Positions 36,767-47,818 of a stretch of 64,000 nucleotides of DNA are shown here, piece by piece. A program made the translations under genes and the position numbers. Origin of the DNA: Escherichia coli (GTDB lineage Bacteria; Pseudomonadota; Gammaproteobacteria; Enterobacterales; Enterobacteriaceae); the NCBI RefSeq assembly GCF_030013205.1, contig NZ_CP122648.1. One strand, written 5' to 3'. How positions within the stretch are numbered: the stretch's first letter is position 1; each line of letters begins with the position of its first letter. Under the pieces are notes generated by a model. It was given only the letters and a program-made list of their open reading frames with translations, had not been told where the DNA came from and searched no databases.

Positions 36767-37930
36767 GTGGAACAGATTAATTCAAATAAAAAACATTCTA
36801 ACAGAAGAAAATACTTTTCTTTATTGGCGGTAGTTTTATTTATTGCGTTTTCAGGTGCCTATGCCTATTGGTCAATGGAATTAGAAGACATGATTAGTAC
36901 AGATGATGCCTATGTCACGGGGAATGCAGATCCAATTTCTGCACAAGTTTCAGGCAGCGTCACTGTCGTTAATCATAAAGATACGAACTACGTTCGACAG
37001 GGTGACATTTTAGTCTCACTGGATAAGACTGATGCCACTATCGCACTCAATAAAGCTAAAAATAATCTGGCCAATATTGTTCGGCAAACGAATAAACTGT
37101 ACTTACAGGATAAACAATACAGTGCCGAAGTCGCTTCAGCACGTATTCAGTATCAACAATCTTTAGAAGATTATAACCGTCGTGTACCTTTAGCGAAGCA
37201 GGGGGTTATTTCAAAAGAAACGCTGGAGCATACCAAAGATACGTTAATAAGTAGCAAAGCGGCATTGAATGCCGCTATCCAGGCTTATAAAGCGAATAAA
37301 GCTTTAGTAATGAACACACCATTAAACCGTCAGCCACAAGTCGTTGAAGCGGCGGATGCAACCAAAGAAGCCTGGTTAGCGCTTAAACGTACGGATATTA
37401 AGAGTCCTGTTACCGGCTATATTGCCCAGCGAAGTGTTCAGGTTGGCGAAACAGTGAGTCCCGGACAATCGTTAATGGCTGTTGTACCGGCACGTCAAAT
37501 GTGGGTTAATGCCAACTTTAAAGAAACACAACTCACGGATGTACGGATTGGTCAATCGGTCAATATTATCAGCGATCTTTATGGTGAAAATGTTGTGTTT
37601 CATGGTCGGGTGACAGGGATCAATATGGGAACCGGCAATGCATTCTCCTTATTACCTGCACAAAATGCGACAGGGAACTGGATCAAAATCGTTCAGCGTG
37701 TACCGGTTGAAGTTTCTCTTGATCCAAAAGAACTCATGGAACATCCCTTACGTATTGGTTTATCGATGACAGCAACTATTGATACGAAGAACGAAGACAT
37801 TGCCGAGATGCCTGAGCTGGCTTCAACCGTGACGTCCATGCCTGCTTATACCAGTAAGGCTTTAGTTATCGATACCAGTCCGATAGAAAAAGAAATTAGC
37901 AACATTATTTCGCATAATGGACAACTTTAA
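36767..37930 (+). CDS. emrK: Multidrug efflux membrane-fusion protein EmrK (EmrA paralog)
   Basis: 387 aa HlyD-family periplasmic adaptor, divergent from evgA. Confidence 0.88.
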   Translation: MEQINSNKKHSNRRKYFSLLAVVLFIAFSGAYAYWSMELEDMISTDDAYVTGNADPISAQVSGSVTVVNHKDTNYVRQGDILVSLDKTDATIALNKAKNNLANIVRQTNKLYLQDKQYSAEVASARIQYQQSLEDYNRRVPLAKQGVISKETLEHTKDTLISSKAALNAAIQAYKANKALVMNTPLNRQPQVVEAADATKEAWLALKRTDIKSPVTGYIAQRSVQVGETVSPGQSLMAVVPARQMWVNANFKETQLTDVRIGQSVNIISDLYGENVVFHGRVTGINMGTGNAFSLLPAQNATGNWIKIVQRVPVEVSLDPKELMEHPLRIGLSMTATIDTKNEDIAEMPELASTVTSMPAYTSKALVIDTSPIEKEISNIISHNGQL

Positions 37931-39468
37931 TGGCAATCACTAAATCAACTCCGGCACCATTAACCGGTGGGACGTTATGGTGCGTCACTATTGCATTGTC
38001 ATTAGCGACGTTTATGCAAATGTTGGATTCCACTATTTCTAACGTCGCAATACCGACAATATCTGGCTTTCTGGGAGCATCAACAGACGAAGGCACCTGG
38101 GTTATCACTTCGTTTGGCGTAGCAAATGCCATTGCGATCCCTGTTACCGGCAGGCTGGCACAAAGAATAGGCGAATTAAGATTATTTTTACTTTCAGTAA
38201 CCTTTTTTTCGCTATCTTCATTAATGTGTAGCCTATCGACCAATCTTGATGTGCTGATATTTTTTAGAGTCGTTCAGGGGTTAATGGCGGGGCCGTTAAT
38301 TCCACTGTCACAGAGTTTATTATTAAGGAATTATCCGCCAGAAAAAAGAACATTTGCTCTGGCATTATGGTCAATGACCGTAATTATCGCGCCGATATGT
38401 GGGCCGATATTGGGTGGCTACATTTGCGATAACTTTAGCTGGGGTTGGATATTTTTAATCAATGTCCCAATGGGGATTATCGTCCTGACATTATGCTTAA
38501 CCTTACTTAAAGGAAGAGAAACTGAGACTTCACCGGTCAAAATGAATCTACCAGGACTGACCCTGTTAGTGCTCGGTGTTGGTGGCTTGCAAATTATGCT
38601 CGATAAAGGGCGCGATCTGGATTGGTTCAACTCGAGTACAATAATAATACTAACAGTAGTGTCAGTTATTTCTCTGATCTCTTTAGTCATTTGGGAGTCG
38701 ACCTCAGAGAACTCGATTCTTGACCTCAGTTTGTTTAAGTCCCGTAATTTCACCATTGGTATTGTGAGTATCACATGCGCGTATTTATTTTACTCTGGGG
38801 CAATAGTCCTTATGCCGCAATTACTCCAGGAAACGATGGGGTATAATGCGATATGGGCCGGACTTGCCTATGCGCCCATCGGCATCATGCCGCTATTAAT
38901 ATCGCCTTTGATAGGACGTTATGGCAACAAAATTGATATGCGGTTGTTGGTGACATTTAGTTTTTTAATGTATGCGGTTTGCTATTACTGGCGTTCTGTG
39001 ACATTTATGCCAACGATTGATTTTACAGGCATCATTTTGCCACAGTTTTTCCAGGGATTCGCCGTCGCCTGTTTCTTTTTACCCTTAACAACGATTTCGT
39101 TTTCAGGTTTGCCAGATAATAAATTTGCCAATGCCTCGAGTATGAGTAATTTTTTTCGTACCTTGTCAGGATCAGTTGGTACGTCGTTGACAATGACGCT
39201 GTGGGGACGACGCGAATCGTTACACCATAGTCAGTTGACAGCAACCATCGATCAATTAAACCCCGTGTTTAATTCATCGTCACAAATTATGGATAAATAC
39301 TATGGTTCGCTTTCAGGGGTTCTTAATGAAATTAATAATGAAATAACTCAGCAGTCACTTTCAATTTCTGCAAATGAGATTTTCCGTATGGCGGCTATTG
39401 CTTTTATCTTACTTACAGTTTTGGTTTGGTTTGCGAAACCGCCGTTTACAGCGAAAGGCGTTGGGTGA
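37930..39468 (+). CDS. emrY: MFS multidrug efflux pump EmrY (EmrB paralog)
   Basis: 512 aa 14-TM MFS transporter; start overlaps the emrK stop. Confidence 0.9.
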   Translation: MAITKSTPAPLTGGTLWCVTIALSLATFMQMLDSTISNVAIPTISGFLGASTDEGTWVITSFGVANAIAIPVTGRLAQRIGELRLFLLSVTFFSLSSLMCSLSTNLDVLIFFRVVQGLMAGPLIPLSQSLLLRNYPPEKRTFALALWSMTVIIAPICGPILGGYICDNFSWGWIFLINVPMGIIVLTLCLTLLKGRETETSPVKMNLPGLTLLVLGVGGLQIMLDKGRDLDWFNSSTIIILTVVSVISLISLVIWESTSENSILDLSLFKSRNFTIGIVSITCAYLFYSGAIVLMPQLLQETMGYNAIWAGLAYAPIGIMPLLISPLIGRYGNKIDMRLLVTFSFLMYAVCYYWRSVTFMPTIDFTGIILPQFFQGFAVACFFLPLTTISFSGLPDNKFANASSMSNFFRTLSGSVGTSLTMTLWGRRESLHHSQLTATIDQLNPVFNSSSQIMDKYYGSLSGVLNEINNEITQQSLSISANEIFRMAAIAFILLTVLVWFAKPPFTAKGVG

Positions 39469-39575
39469 TGATAAAAGGAGGGGGTTATAGCAGGTAAGAC
39501 CAGGGACCTTAAGTCTGCGCCATCGGCAGCATCGCTCACCCAGGGAAAGGATGGCGATGCTGAATTGAAAATTAA

Positions 39576-40904
39576 TTAGCGGCCTTTTGCCAGATATTGC
39601 TCCATCTCTTCTTCCGGCACCATTCCACCTCCCGTCGCCCACACCAGATGAGTGGCATTACGCAGTTGTTCTGCGCTGAAACCGTGCATCTGTTGGTAAC
39701 TTACTGATGCGCACACGCGCTGAGGCCCGGCCATACCCGCCAGTGCCGAAGGTTCAAGACGAATGCCTTCTTCCTGCGCCAGCCAGCCAAGCATGTCATA
39801 CATGGTTTGATCGCTAAGGGTATAGAAGCCATCCAGTAGACGCTCCATTGCCCGCCCGACAAAGCCTGATGCGCGACTAACTGCAAGGCCATCCGCTGCG
39901 GTAAGGTTGTCGATACCAATATCCTGAACAGAAATCTGATCGTGTAATCCAGTATGGACGCCTAACAACATACAAGGGGAGTGCGTTGGTTCGGCAAAAA
40001 AGCAGTGAACATGATCGCCAAACGCCAGTTTAAGTCCGAATGCGACGCCACCAGGACCACCGCCAACACCACACGGCAGATAGACAAACAGAGGGTTATC
40101 AGCATCGACGATACGACCTTGCTCGGCAAATTGCGCTTTAAGACGCTGGCCTGCGACGGAGTACCCAAGGAACAACGTGCGGGAATTCTCGTCATCAATA
40201 AAGAAACAGTTCGGGTCAGACTGCGCTGCTTTACGTCCTTCCTCGACGGCAACACCATAATCTTGCTCATATTCCACGACCGTAACGCCATGGCTGCGCA
40301 GTTTCGCTTTTTTCCACGCCCGGGCATCAGCAGACATATGCACTGTCACCTTAAAGCCAATGCGGGCGCTCATAATGCCGATTGATAACCCCAGATTTCC
40401 GGTTGAGCCCACAGCAATGCTGTATTGACTAAAGAACTGTTTAAACTCCGGAGACAGTAGTTTGCTGTAGTCATCTTCAGGCGTCAGCAACCCCGCTTCC
40501 AGAGCCAGTTTTTCTGCGTGTGCCAGGACTTCATAAATCCCGCCGCGTGCTTTTATGGAGCCGGAAATGGGTAAATGGCTATCTTTTTTCAGTAGCAGTT
40601 GCCCGCTGATCGGTTGTTGATATTCCTTTTCCAGCCGTTTTTGCATAGCCGGAATGGCAACCAGTTCTGATTCAATAATCCCCCCAGTGGCAGCAGTTTC
40701 AGGAAATGCTTTTGCCAGATAGGGTGCAAAACGAGATAAGCGCGCATGGGCGTCCTGAACATCCTGTTCGGTCAGGCCAACATAAGGTAAACCTTCAGCC
40801 AATGAGGTCGTGCCAGGATTAAACCAGGTGGTTTCTTGAAGAGCAACCAGATCCTTTACCAACGGATACTGGGCGATGAGCGAATTCATTTTAGCGTTTT
40901 CCAT
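39576..40904 (-). CDS. dsdA: D-serine dehydratase (PLP-dependent)
   Basis: 442 aa, [31 protein letters not shown]... Confidence 0.93.
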   Translation of the reverse strand: MENAKMNSLIAQYPLVKDLVALQETTWFNPGTTSLAEGLPYVGLTEQDVQDAHARLSRFAPYLAKAFPETAATGGIIESELVAIPAMQKRLEKEYQQPISGQLLLKKDSHLPISGSIKARGGIYEVLAHAEKLALEAGLLTPEDDYSKLLSPEFKQFFSQYSIAVGSTGNLGLSIGIMSARIGFKVTVHMSADARAWKKAKLRSHGVTVVEYEQDYGVAVEEGRKAAQSDPNCFFIDDENSRTLFLGYSVAGQRLKAQFAEQGRIVDADNPLFVYLPCGVGGGPGGVAFGLKLAFGDHVHCFFAEPTHSPCMLLGVHTGLHDQISVQDIGIDNLTAADGLAVSRASGFVGRAMERLLDGFYTLSDQTMYDMLGWLAQEEGIRLEPSALAGMAGPQRVCASVSYQQMHGFSAEQLRNATHLVWATGGGMVPEEEMEQYLAKGR

Positions 40905-40921
40905 AGTACGTCTCTTTGCGC

Positions 40922-41140
40922 TTAGATGATAAATGACAGCAGGAATGTGCCCGCCAGAGCGACGACTGAAGCGATAAATGTCGCTGTCGTATAGTATTTA
41001 AATGTTTCATTGAGCGTAGCGCCGCAATATTGCTTCACCAGCCAGAAAAGCGAGTCCGTAACGATCGTGCAGCCAATTGCACTTGAACCGATATCAATCG
41101 TAAAAATTTCCGGGCTGATGTCGGGATACAGCGCCAGCAC
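40922..41140 (-). pseudogene. dsdX: dsdX 3' fragment (D-serine permease, GntP family), truncated by the csc insertion
   Basis: Only about 72 C-terminal codons (…[60 protein letters not shown]) remain; sequence upstream switches abruptly to the cscR region. Confidence 0.75.
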
Positions 41141-41382
41141 AATGATCCATATTTATATTTTCTTCTCCAGATTGGCGATGCCAGTTGGCATGTTTTACCT
41201 ACTTGCCTACATGGTTACTCGTTGGCAAGAACAGAGGCGGAATTGGGTACAATTGTCCGGGAATTATTGTTATTTTTTATTGTATTGCCGTGTCGGGTGA
41301 TAGGGCGTCGAGAATATCGTTGGATCTCGCCAGTGACGTCTGTTTCTGCTACAGTGCCCGTTTTACGGCAAACGGCTTGGGT

Positions 41383-42378
41383 ATGGCTTCATTAAAGGAT
41401 GTCGCACGCCTGGCGGGAGTGTCGATGATGACAGTCTCCCGGGTGATGCATAATGCAGAATCTGTGCGTCCTGCAACGCGTAACCGCGTATTGCAGGCAA
41501 TCCAGACCCTGAATTATGTTCCTGATCTTTCCGCCCGTAAGATGCGCGCTCAAGGACGTAAGCCGTCGACTCTCGCCGTGCTGGCGCAGGACACGGCCAC
41601 CACTCCTTTCTCTGTTGATATTCTGCTTGCCATTGAGCAAACCGCCAGCGAGTTTGGCTGGAATAGTTTTTTAATCAATATTTTTTCTGAAGATGACGCT
41701 GCCCGCGCGGCACGTCAGCTGCTTGCCCACCGTCCGGATGGCATTATCTATACTACAATGGGGCTGCGACATATCACGCTGCCTGAGTCTCTGTATGGTG
41801 AAAATATTGTATTGGCGAACTGTGTGGCGGATGACCCAGCGTTACCCAGTTATATCCCTGATGATTACACTGCACAATATGAATCAACACAGCATTTGCT
41901 CGCGGCGGGCTATCGTCAACCGTTATGCTTCTGGCTACCGGAAAGTGCGTTGGCAACAGGGTATCGTCGGCAGGGATTTGAGCAGGCCTGGCGTGATGCT
42001 GGACGAGATCTGGCTGAGGTGAAACAATTTCACATGGCAACAGGTGATGATCACTACACCGATCTCGCAAGTTTACTCAATGCCCACTTCAAATCGGGCA
42101 AACCAGATTTTGATGTTCTGATATGTGGTAACGATCGCGCAGCCTTTGTGGCTTATCAGGTTCTTTTGGCGAAGGGGGTACGTATCCCGCAGGATGTCGC
42201 CGTAATGGGCTTTGATAATCTGGTTGGCGTCGGGCATCTGTTTTTACCGCCGCTGACCACAATTCAGCTTCCACATGACATTATCGGGCGGGAAGCTGCA
42301 TTGCATATTATTGAAGATCGTGAAGGGGGAAGAGTGACGCGGATCCCTTGCCCGCTGTTGATCCGTTGTTCCACCTGA
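41383..42378 (+). CDS. cscR: Sucrose operon repressor CscR (LacI family)
   Basis: MASLKDVARLAGVSMMTVSRVMHNAESVRPATRNRVLQAIQTLNYVPDLSARKMRA... HTH plus periplasmic-binding-like domain; start placed at the internal Met (331 aa). Confidence 0.85.
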   Translation: MASLKDVARLAGVSMMTVSRVMHNAESVRPATRNRVLQAIQTLNYVPDLSARKMRAQGRKPSTLAVLAQDTATTPFSVDILLAIEQTASEFGWNSFLINIFSEDDAARAARQLLAHRPDGIIYTTMGLRHITLPESLYGENIVLANCVADDPALPSYIPDDYTAQYESTQHLLAAGYRQPLCFWLPESALATGYRRQGFEQAWRDAGRDLAEVKQFHMATGDDHYTDLASLLNAHFKSGKPDFDVLICGNDRAAFVAYQVLLAKGVRIPQDVAVMGFDNLVGVGHLFLPPLTTIQLPHDIIGREAALHIIEDREGGRVTRIPCPLLIRCST

Positions 42379-42385
42379 TATTATG

Positions 42386-43819
42386 TTAACCCAGTTGCCA
42401 GAGTGCTCCATGTTGCAGCACAGCCACTCCGTGGGAGGCATAGAGCGACAGTTCCCGTTCTTCTGGCTGCGGATATATTCGGCTACTCATCACCGCCTCC
42501 CCGTCGTTAATAAATACTTCCACGGATGATGTATCGATAAATATCCTTAGGGCGAGCATGTCACCCTGCGGGAGGGGAATACTACGGTAGCCATCTAAAT
42601 TCTCGTGTGGGTAATACCGCCACAAAACAAGTCGCTCAGATTGGTTATCAATATACAGCCGCATTCCAGTGCCGAGCTGTAATCCGTAATGTTCGGCATC
42701 ACTGTTCTTCAGCGCCCACTGCAACTGAATCTCAACTGCTTGCGCGTTTTCCTGCAAAACATATTTATTGCTGATTGTGCGGGGAGAGATAGATTGATGC
42801 TGCTGGCGTAACGACTCAGCTTCGTGTACCGGGCGTTGTAGAAGTTTGCCATTGCTCTCTGATAGCTCGCGCGCCAGCGTCATGCAGCCTGCCCAGCCTT
42901 CACGTTTTGAGGGCATTGGCGATTCCCACATATCCATCCAGCCGATAACAATACGCCGACCATCCTTCGCTAAAAAGCTTTGTGGTGCATAAAAGTCATG
43001 CCCGTTATCAAGTTCAGTAAAATGCCCGGATTGTGCAAAAAGTCGTCCTGGCGACCACATTCCGGGTATTACGCCACTTTGAAAGCGATTTCGGTAACTG
43101 TATCCCTCGGCATTCATTCCCTGCGGGGAAAACATCAGATAATGCTGATCGCCAAGGCTGAAAAAGTCCGGACATTCCCACATATAGCTTTCACCCGCAT
43201 CAGCGTGGGCCAGTACGCGATCGAAGGTCCATTCACGCAATGAACTGCCGCGATAAAGCAGGATCTGCCCCGTGTTGCCTGGATCTTTCGCCCCGACAAC
43301 CATCCACCATGTGTCGGCTTCACGCCACACTTTAGGATCGCGGAAGTGCATGATTCCTTCTGGTGGAGTGAGGATCACACCCTGTTTCTCGAAATGAATA
43401 CCATCCCGACTGGTAGCCAGACATTGTACTTCGCGAATTGCATCGTCATTACCTGCACCATCGAGCCAGACGTGTCCGGTGTAGATAAGTGAGAGGACAC
43501 CATTGTCATCGACAGCACTACCTGAAAAACACCCGTCTTTGTCATTCTCGTCTCCTGGCGCTAGCGCAATAGGCTCATGCTGCCAGTGGATCATATCGTC
43601 GCTGGTGGCATGTCCCCAGTGCATTGGCCCCCAGTGTTCGCTCATCGGGTGATGTTGATAAAACGCGTGATAACGATCGTTAAACCAGATCAGGCCGTTT
43701 GGATCGTTCATCCACCCGGCAGGAGGCGCGAGGTGAAAATGGGGATAGAAAGTGTTACCTCGGCGCTCGTGAAGTTTTGCTAGTGCGTTTTGCGCCGCAT
43801 GTAATCGAGATTGCGTCAT
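42386..43819 (-). CDS. cscA: Sucrose-6-phosphate hydrolase / invertase CscA (GH32)
   Basis: GH32 motifs (HLAPPAGWMNDPNG; FRDP; WECPD). Confidence 0.88.
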   Translation of the reverse strand: MTQSRLHAAQNALAKLHERRGNTFYPHFHLAPPAGWMNDPNGLIWFNDRYHAFYQHHPMSEHWGPMHWGHATSDDMIHWQHEPIALAPGDENDKDGCFSGSAVDDNGVLSLIYTGHVWLDGAGNDDAIREVQCLATSRDGIHFEKQGVILTPPEGIMHFRDPKVWREADTWWMVVGAKDPGNTGQILLYRGSSLREWTFDRVLAHADAGESYMWECPDFFSLGDQHYLMFSPQGMNAEGYSYRNRFQSGVIPGMWSPGRLFAQSGHFTELDNGHDFYAPQSFLAKDGRRIVIGWMDMWESPMPSKREGWAGCMTLARELSESNGKLLQRPVHEAESLRQQHQSISPRTISNKYVLQENAQAVEIQLQWALKNSDAEHYGLQLGTGMRLYIDNQSERLVLWRYYPHENLDGYRSIPLPQGDMLALRIFIDTSSVEVFINDGEAVMSSRIYPQPEERELSLYASHGVAVLQHGALWQLG

Positions 43820-44034
43820 TTTTATCATCCTGGTTAAGCAAATTTGGTGAATTGTTAACGTTAACTTTTATAAAAATAAAGTCCCTTACTTTCATAAATG
43901 CGATGAATATCACAAATGTTAACGTTAACTATGACGTTTTGTGATCGAATATGCATGTTTTAGTAAATCCATGACGATTTTGCGAAAAAGAGGTTTATCA
44001 CTATGCGTAAGTCAGATGAATTTAAGGGAAAAAA

Positions 44035-44958
44035 ATGTCAGCCAAAGTATGGGTTTTAGGGGATGCGGTCGTAGATCTCTTGCCAGAATCAGACGGGCGG
44101 CTACTGCCTTGTCCTGGCGGCGCGCCAGCTAACGTTGCGGTGGGAATCGCCAGATTAGGCGGAACAAGTGGGTTTATAGGTCGGGTCGGTGATGATCCTT
44201 TTGGTGCGTTAATGCAAAGAACGCTGCTAACTGAGGGTGTCGATATCACGTATCTGAAGCAAGATGAATGGCACCGGACATCCACGGTGCTTGTCGATCT
44301 GAACGATCAAGGAGAACGTTCATTTACGTTTATGGTCCGCCCCAGTGCCGATCTTTTTTTAGAGACGACAGACTTGCCCTGCTGGCGACATGGCGAATGG
44401 TTACATCTCTGTTCAATTGCGTTGTCTGCCGAGCCTTCGCGTACCAGCGCATTTACTGCGATGACGGCGATCCGGCATGCCGGAGGTTTTGTCAGCTTCG
44501 ATCCCAATATTCGTGAAGATCTATGGCAAGACGAGCATTTGTTCCGCTTGTGTTTGCGGCAGGCGCTACAACTGGCGGATGTCGTCAAGCTCTCGGAAGA
44601 AGAATGGCGACTTATCAGTGGAAAAACACAGAACGATCGGGATATATGCGCGCTGGCAAAAGAGTATGAGATCGCCATGCTGTTGGTGACTAAAGGTGCA
44701 GAAGGGGTGGTGGTCTGTTATCGAGGACAAGTTCACCATTTTGCTGGAATGTCTGTGAATTGTGTCGATAGCACTGGGGCGGGAGATGCGTTCGTTGCCG
44801 GGTTACTCACAGGTCTGTCCTCTACGGGATTATCTACAGATGAGAGAGAAATGCGACGAATTATCAATCTCGCTCAACGTTGCGGAGCGCTTGCAGTAAC
44901 AGCGAAAGGGGCAATGACAGCGCTGCCATGTCGACAAGAACTGGAAGGTGAGAAGTAA
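44035..44958 (+). CDS. cscK: Fructokinase CscK (PfkB/ribokinase family)
   Basis: 307 aa, MSAKVWVLGDAVVDLLPE...; DTTGAGDAF-type motif (DSTGAGDAFVAG). Confidence 0.88.
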   Translation: MSAKVWVLGDAVVDLLPESDGRLLPCPGGAPANVAVGIARLGGTSGFIGRVGDDPFGALMQRTLLTEGVDITYLKQDEWHRTSTVLVDLNDQGERSFTFMVRPSADLFLETTDLPCWRHGEWLHLCSIALSAEPSRTSAFTAMTAIRHAGGFVSFDPNIREDLWQDEHLFRLCLRQALQLADVVKLSEEEWRLISGKTQNDRDICALAKEYEIAMLLVTKGAEGVVVCYRGQVHHFAGMSVNCVDSTGAGDAFVAGLLTGLSSTGLSTDEREMRRIINLAQRCGALAVTAKGAMTALPCRQELEGEK

Positions 44959-45019
44959 ACGGCGAGGCCGCTCTTATCTCTAAATAGGACATGAATTTTT
45001 TAACGACAGGCAGGTAATT

Positions 45020-46267
45020 ATGGCACTGAATATTCCATTCAGAAATGCGTACTATCGTTTTGCATCCAGTTACTCATTTCTCTTTTTTATTTCCTGGTCG
45101 CTGTGGTGGTCGTTATACGCTATTTGGCTGAAAGGACATCTAGGATTAACAGGGACGGAATTAGGTACACTTTATTCGGTCAACCAGTTTACCAGCATTC
45201 TATTTATGATGTTCTACGGCATCGTTCAGGATAAACTCGGTCTGAAGAAACCGCTCATCTGGTGTATGAGTTTCATTCTGGTCTTGACCGGACCGTTTAT
45301 GATTTACGTTTATGAACCGTTACTGCAAAGCAATTTTTCTGTAGGTCTAATTCTGGGGGCGCTCTTTTTTGGCCTGGGGTATCTGGCGGGATGCGGTTTG
45401 CTTGACAGCTTCACCGAAAAAATGGCGCGAAATTTTCATTTCGAATATGGAACAGCGCGCGCCTGGGGATCTTTTGGCTATGCTATTGGCGCGTTCTTTG
45501 CCGGTATATTTTTTAGTATCAGTCCCCATATCAACTTCTGGTTGGTCTCGCTATTTGGCGCTGTATTTATGATGATCAACATGCGTTTTAAAGATAAGGA
45601 TCACCAGTGCATAGCGGCGGATGCGGGAGGGGTAAAAAAAGAGGATTTTATCGCAGTTTTCAAGGATCGAAACTTCTGGGTTTTTGTCATATTTATTGTG
45701 GGGACGTGGTCTTTCTATAACATTTTTGATCAACAACTCTTTCCTGTCTTTTATGCAGGTTTATTCGAATCACACGATGTAGGAACGCGCCTGTATGGTT
45801 ATCTCAACTCATTCCAGGTGGTACTCGAAGCGCTGTGCATGGCGATTATTCCTTTCTTTGTGAATCGGGTAGGGCCAAAAAATGCATTACTTATCGGTGT
45901 TGTGATTATGGCGTTGCGTATCCTTTCCTGCGCGTTGTTCGTTAACCCCTGGATTATTTCATTAGTGAAGCTGTTACATGCCATTGAGGTTCCACTTTGT
46001 GTCATATCCGTCTTCAAATACAGCGTGGCAAACTTTGATAAGCGCCTGTCGTCGACGATCTTTCTGATTGGTTTTCAAATTGCCAGTTCGCTTGGGATTG
46101 TGCTGCTTTCAACGCCGACTGGGATACTCTTTGACCACGCAGGCTACCAGACAGTTTTCTTCGCAATTTCGGGTATTGTCTGCCTGATGTTGCTATTTGG
46201 CATTTTCTTCCTGAGTAAAAAACGCGAGCAAATAGTTATGGAAACGCCTGTACCTTCAGCAATATAG
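45020..46267 (+). CDS. cscB: Sucrose:H+ symporter CscB (oligosaccharide:H+ symporter MFS)
   Basis: 415 aa 12-TM MFS, LacY-like. Confidence 0.88.
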   Translation: MALNIPFRNAYYRFASSYSFLFFISWSLWWSLYAIWLKGHLGLTGTELGTLYSVNQFTSILFMMFYGIVQDKLGLKKPLIWCMSFILVLTGPFMIYVYEPLLQSNFSVGLILGALFFGLGYLAGCGLLDSFTEKMARNFHFEYGTARAWGSFGYAIGAFFAGIFFSISPHINFWLVSLFGAVFMMINMRFKDKDHQCIAADAGGVKKEDFIAVFKDRNFWVFVIFIVGTWSFYNIFDQQLFPVFYAGLFESHDVGTRLYGYLNSFQVVLEALCMAIIPFFVNRVGPKNALLIGVVIMALRILSCALFVNPWIISLVKLLHAIEVPLCVISVFKYSVANFDKRLSSTIFLIGFQIASSLGIVLLSTPTGILFDHAGYQTVFFAISGIVCLMLLFGIFFLSKKREQIVMETPVPSAI

Positions 46268-46708
46268 ACGTAAACTTTTTCCGGTTGTTGTCGATATTTC
46301 CATATCCCTCAACCGGAAAATAATAATACAAAAATGCTTAGCCCAACTAATAATCACCTAATCCAAACGCCTCATTCATGTTCTGGTACAGTCGCTCAAA
46401 TGTACTCCGGATACGCGGTTCGCTGATTTCCAGGACATTGTCGTCATTCAGCGACCTGTCCCGAGTATCACGGGCCTGCGAATTCATCAAGGAATGCATT
46501 GCAGAGTGAAGTATCGAGTCACGCCATATTTCGCTATCAGGATTCTGTATGATGGTTACATCGCCCGGCCCAGGGCTGTTTAGTCATCAGCGCTTTCTGA
46601 CAGTGCTGAGATTTCAACCTGTTGCAGTAAAAATGAGTAGATATAGGGCAAGTGTGCTGCCAAACCCATCTTTTACGGGGTGAAGGTAGATATTGTTAGA
46701 AGGGTATC

Positions 46709-46723
46709 TGGTGTCCCCTGCAG
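46709..46723 (-). repeat. att-core repeat: copy of the argW tRNA 3' end (reverse complement of CTGCAGGGGACACCA)
   Basis: tggtgtcccctgcag with no tRNA body attached; a second degenerate copy lies at 59970-59988. Confidence 0.6.
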
Positions 46724-46796
46724 ACATCTACTTGAAGCGGCAGGGGATTGATTGGAATGGTGTTTTTTAGGTGTGAGAAATATTTTACCCGCTATT

Positions 46797-46997
46797 TTAC
46801 CCATTGGCGCGGCTTAAGAGCTTATTTTTGAATTCACAATGGTCACGATATAACCATCTTGCTCGCCCGTGGATAACTTTGGCTTTTGGCAGGTCGCCGG
46901 ACTTAATCCGGTCGTAGATGAAGGTTTTACCAAAGCCAGTATCAGCCATGATGAATTTCAAATCAACCAGGGAATCAGGCTGTAGTTCGTGTTGCAT
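46797..46997 (-). CDS. AlpA/Vis-family phage transcriptional regulator / excisionase-like protein
   Basis: 66 aa with the AlpA-type motif …TGFGKTFIYDRIKSGDLPKAKVIHGRARWLYRDHCEF…. Confidence 0.65.
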   Translation of the reverse strand: MQHELQPDSLVDLKFIMADTGFGKTFIYDRIKSGDLPKAKVIHGRARWLYRDHCEFKNKLLSRANG

Positions 46998-47344
46998 GAG
47001 TGCTATCTCCGAATAGGGAATCGAACCTGCAAATCAGGCAAGAAAAAACCGCCATCAGGCGGTTTGGTGTTCTTTCAGTTCTTCAATTCGAATATTGGTT
47101 ACGTCTGCATGCGCTATCTGCGCCCATATCATCCAGTGGTTATAGCAGTCGTTGATGTCCTCTGCTTCGATAAGGAGAAGAAATTCCCAATTACTCAAGA
47201 GCTATACGAGCGACTGGAAAGCGTCATCCATGATTACGATGGTGAAATCAGTTTATGCGAGGCGATTGGCACACTTGAATTGCTGAAGCAGTCATTGATT
47301 GAAGGCGCGAAAGAGTCCTTAGCCTGAAATAACAACTAAGTGAG

Positions 47345-47818
47345 ATGAATATGGCAGCACCAAAGGGCAACCGATTTTGGGAGGCCCGCAGTAGTCATGG
47401 GCGAAATCCTAAATTCGAATCGCCTGAGGCGCTGTGGGCTGCTTGTTGTGAATACTTCGAGTGGGTAGAAGCTAACCCGCTATGGGAGATGAAGGCATTC
47501 TCGTATCAGGGTGAAGTGATACAAGAGCCTATCGCCAAGATGCGAGCGATGACCATTATCCAAACCGTATGCCTGTTGGTAGCGGTAATCAGTTGGCGAA
47601 GTGGAACGGTTGGAGTTACTTCCAGCGAAAGGAACCTTGCGATAACGGGAGCGAATAATGCCGATTCAGCAACTTCCGCTCATGAAAGGTGTCGGAAAAG
47701 ACTTCCGAAACGCCGACTATATCGACTATCTGCCAGTGAATATGTTGGCTACACCCAAAGAAATCCTGAACAGCAGCGGATATCTTCGCTCATTCCCGGG
47801 CATTGCCAAACGTTCTGA
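47345..47818 (+). pseudogene. P22 gene 3-like small terminase, N-terminal ~70 codons only, fused to unrelated out-of-frame sequence
   Basis: [69 protein letters not shown] then diverges; overlaps the start of the gp10-like gene. Confidence 0.6.

Noticed and set aside
46989-47327. 112 aa plus-strand ORF between the alpA-like gene and the terminase fragment
   Set aside because: The N-terminal half overlaps alpA antisense and has no recognisable features; only the C-terminal about 45 residues might be a small phage protein. Insufficient support to annotate.
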